Positions 61,460 through 63,826 of a stretch of DNA of 63,826 nucleotides are shown here, piece after piece. The DNA comes from Mustelus asterias. Its lineage: Eukaryota. The stretch lies in NCBI RefSeq assembly GCF_964213995.1, contig NW_027591183.1:175-64000 (forward strand), given 5' to 3'. Made by a program: the position numbers and the translations under genes. Every line of letters begins with the position of its first letter. The first letter of the stretch is position 1. Under the pieces are notes generated by a model. The model was not told the origin of the DNA and made no database searches. It saw nothing but the letters and a program-made list of their open reading frames with translations.

Positions 61460-62100
61460 GATTTTGATTTGATTTGATTTATTACTGTCGCATGTATTGG
61501 GATACAGTGAAAAGTATTGTTTCTTGTATGCTGTACAGACAAAACATACCGTTCATAGAGTACATCGGGGAGAAGTAAAAGAGAGGGTGCAGAATGTAGT
61601 GTTGCAGTCATAGGTAGGGTGTAGAGAAAGATAAATCTAATATGTAGCAGGTCCATTCAAAAGTCTGAGGGCAGCCGGGAAGTTCTTGAGTCGGTTGGTA
61701 CGTGATCTCAGACTTTGTATCTTTTTCCTGACGGAAGAAGGTGGAAGAGAGAATGTGTGCATGCGGTCCTTAATTATGCTGGCTGCTTTTCTAAGGCCGC
61801 GGGAAGTGTAGACAGAGTCAATGAATGGGAGGCTCGTCTGCGTGATGGACGGGGCTACATTCACGACCTTTTGTAATTTCTTGCAGTCTTGGACAGAGCA
61901 GAAACCATACCAAGCCGTGATACAGAAAGGATGCTTTCTATGGTGCATCTGTAGAAGTTGGTGAGAGTCGTAGCTGACATTCCAAATTTCCTCAGCCTCC
62001 TGAGAAAGTAGACGTGTTGGTGGGCTTTCTCAATTATAGTGTCGGCATGGGGGGACCAGGACAGGTTGTTGGTGATCTGGACACCTAGAAACTTGAAGTT
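61460..62100 (-). mobile_element. Rex1/Babar-like LINE 3' fragment
   Basis: FKFLGVQITNNLSW..H...KAHQHVYFLRRLRKFG...FYRCTIESIL and CITAWYG. Confidence 0.8.
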
Positions 62101-62124
62101 GAGACCCAAATGACAAGTTGTCAT

Positions 62125-63508
62125 AGTGTCATAGATGTTTACAGCATGGAAACAGGCCCTTTGGCCCAACTTGTCATGCTGCCCTTTTTCTTTTAACCCC
62201 TAAGCTGGTCCCAATTCCCCACATTTGGCCCATATCCCTCTATATCTATCTTACCTATGTAACTGTCTAAATGCTTTTTAAAAGATAAAATTGTGTCCGT
62301 CTCTACTACTACCTCTGGCAGCTTGTTCCAGACGCTCATCACTCTCTGTGTGAAAAGATTGCCCCTCTGGACACTTTTGTATGTCTCCCCTCTCAACTTA
62401 ATCCCATGCCCTCGAGTTTTAGACTCCCCTACCTTTGGGAAAAGATATTGACTATCTATTGTGTGTCAACCATAGAATAGCCACAGAATGAAGGAGGCCA
62501 TTCAGCCCATTCAGCTGGTGTCGACTCTCTGCTAGAGCAATCGAGCCAGTCCCACTGCTCCACCTTGTCCCTGGAGCCCTGCAAATCTTTTCCCATCAGC
62601 TTCCCATCCCATTTCCTCCGGAAAGACAGCGAGGAGCAGAGAGGAAAGAGGGACTTGGGGAATGGGAGGTTTCATCTGATGTTCTTGTTGGCAGATGCTC
62701 TGTGGCGGATAAAGCTGGCAGCCTCCTCCAGAAAGCAGCACAGAGTGAATGGAAGGGGCAGAATGTGAGTGAGATGAGACACGAGAGAGAGAGAGAGAGA
62801 GGTGAAAGCTTTCTGTTTGTCAGCAAAAAGCACAATGGTGGCCCTGTGTCCTTCAGGGAGCGGCCCAGGCCTCGCTCAAAGCCTGCCCTGTCCTCACACT
62901 CACTGGGAGACGGCCATTTCTAACATGTTGTCCATGCTTCTGAGCTGACACTGAGACAAACACAACAACAGCAGCCACTATCCGGACAAGTCATCACGGA
63001 GAATGAAATGTCCAAAGCCACTTCAAAGGAAGATTGCGCGGCAGGATATGTCCCCGAGCTGCGGAGGGAGAGATTTGGATGGATGACCAGAAGCTGGGTC
63101 AGTGAGGTTGTGTTTTAGCAATGGAGGTCCAGAGAACAGAAAAGGCCCTTCGGCCCATTGCATCTGTGCCGGTCAAAGACAAACCACCCAACTTGGCTCA
63201 CGGCCTGGTAAGCCTTGGCATTGCAAATGCATAGCTAAGCACTTCTTAAACGTTCTGAGGGTCTCTGCCTCCACCACCCTTTCAGGCAGAGAGTTCCAGA
63301 CTCCCACCACCCTCTGGGTGAAAAAGGTTTTCCTCACATCCCCTGTAAACCTCCTGCCCCTTACCCTAAATCTATACCCCCTGGTCATTGATCCCACCAC
63401 CAAGGGGAAAGCTTTCTTCCCGTCTACTCTATCGATGTCCCTCATAATCTTATCCATCTCCATCATGTTCCCCCTCAGCCTCCTCTGCTCCACGGAAAAC
63501 AACCCCAG
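62125..63508 (-). mobile_element. CR1 3' fragments (62125-62460 and 63135-63508)
   Basis: FTQRV..VWN.LPE.VVE motifs and tails. Confidence 0.8.
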
Positions 63509-63672
63509 GGTGGAATCTTATCACCGTTCAGGCCGGCAGGATTTTCCCATCCCACTGCAGTGAAAGGAGATTTGGCTGGTCACCAGATTCTCCGACCTCG
63601 CTGAGCGGGAGTGTGGCGTCAACAGGTGGTAAGATCACACCCTCAGTCTATAAAATCTCTCTTCAGTTCGAG

Positions 63673-63826
63673 TGGCGGCACGGTAGCACAGTGGTTAGCA
63701 CTGCTGCCTCACAGCGCCAGGGACCCGGGTTCAATTCCGGCCTCGGGTTACTGTCTGTGTGGAGTTTGCACATTCTCCCCGTGTCTGCGTGGGTTTCCTC
63801 CGGGTGCATTGTCCATGCAAAATTGC
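63673..63826 (+). mobile_element. V-SINE 5' part, internally deleted and running off the window
   Basis: GGCGGCACGGTAGCACAGTGGTTAGCACTGCTGCCTCACAGC head. Confidence 0.85.

Noticed and set aside
62696-62923. Possible two small + strand exons (AG at ~62695, GTGAGT at ~62765, AG at ~62823)
   Set aside because: The intron would be only ~59 bp and the peptide is unrecognisable; insufficient support without RNA data.
231-63826. D, J or C segments and 12-bp RSSs
   Set aside because: No convincing nonamer-12-heptamer followed by an FGxG exon, and no C1-domain exon seen by eye. Very short D segments could have been missed.

Overview
Vertebrate genomic DNA, almost certainly from a shark, judged by its HE1-type V-SINEs, SacSINE1-like DeuSINEs and CR1, Rex1, Tx1 and Penelope elements. 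After an assembly gap (2-230), most of the window is part of the variable-segment array of a T-cell receptor alpha/delta-type locus. I find 20 V segments, labelled V1-V20 left to right. Fourteen have an open leader+V and a 3' RSS with a 22-24 bp spacer; six are pseudogenes or fragments. Nine lie on + and eleven on -, built by repeated direct and inverted cassette duplications. No D, J, C, 12-bp RSS, IgH-like V (TAILV) or NAR-TCR V could be recognised. Most notable: (1) V9 has precisely lost its leader intron but is unrearranged and keeps its RSS; (2) V11 and V14 carry lesions centred on the RSS heptamer; (3) the V7/V17 family has almost no CDR2 and a 23-bp-periodic CRE array in its promoter; (4) about 15 CTCF-like motifs travel with the V cassettes; (5) two tRNA-Gln-derived genes lie between convergent RSSs; (6) Penelope termini carry minimal hammerhead ribozymes; (7) an RFX/YY1/NRF1 CpG island follows the last V. 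All coordinates were read by eye and no database searches were run.
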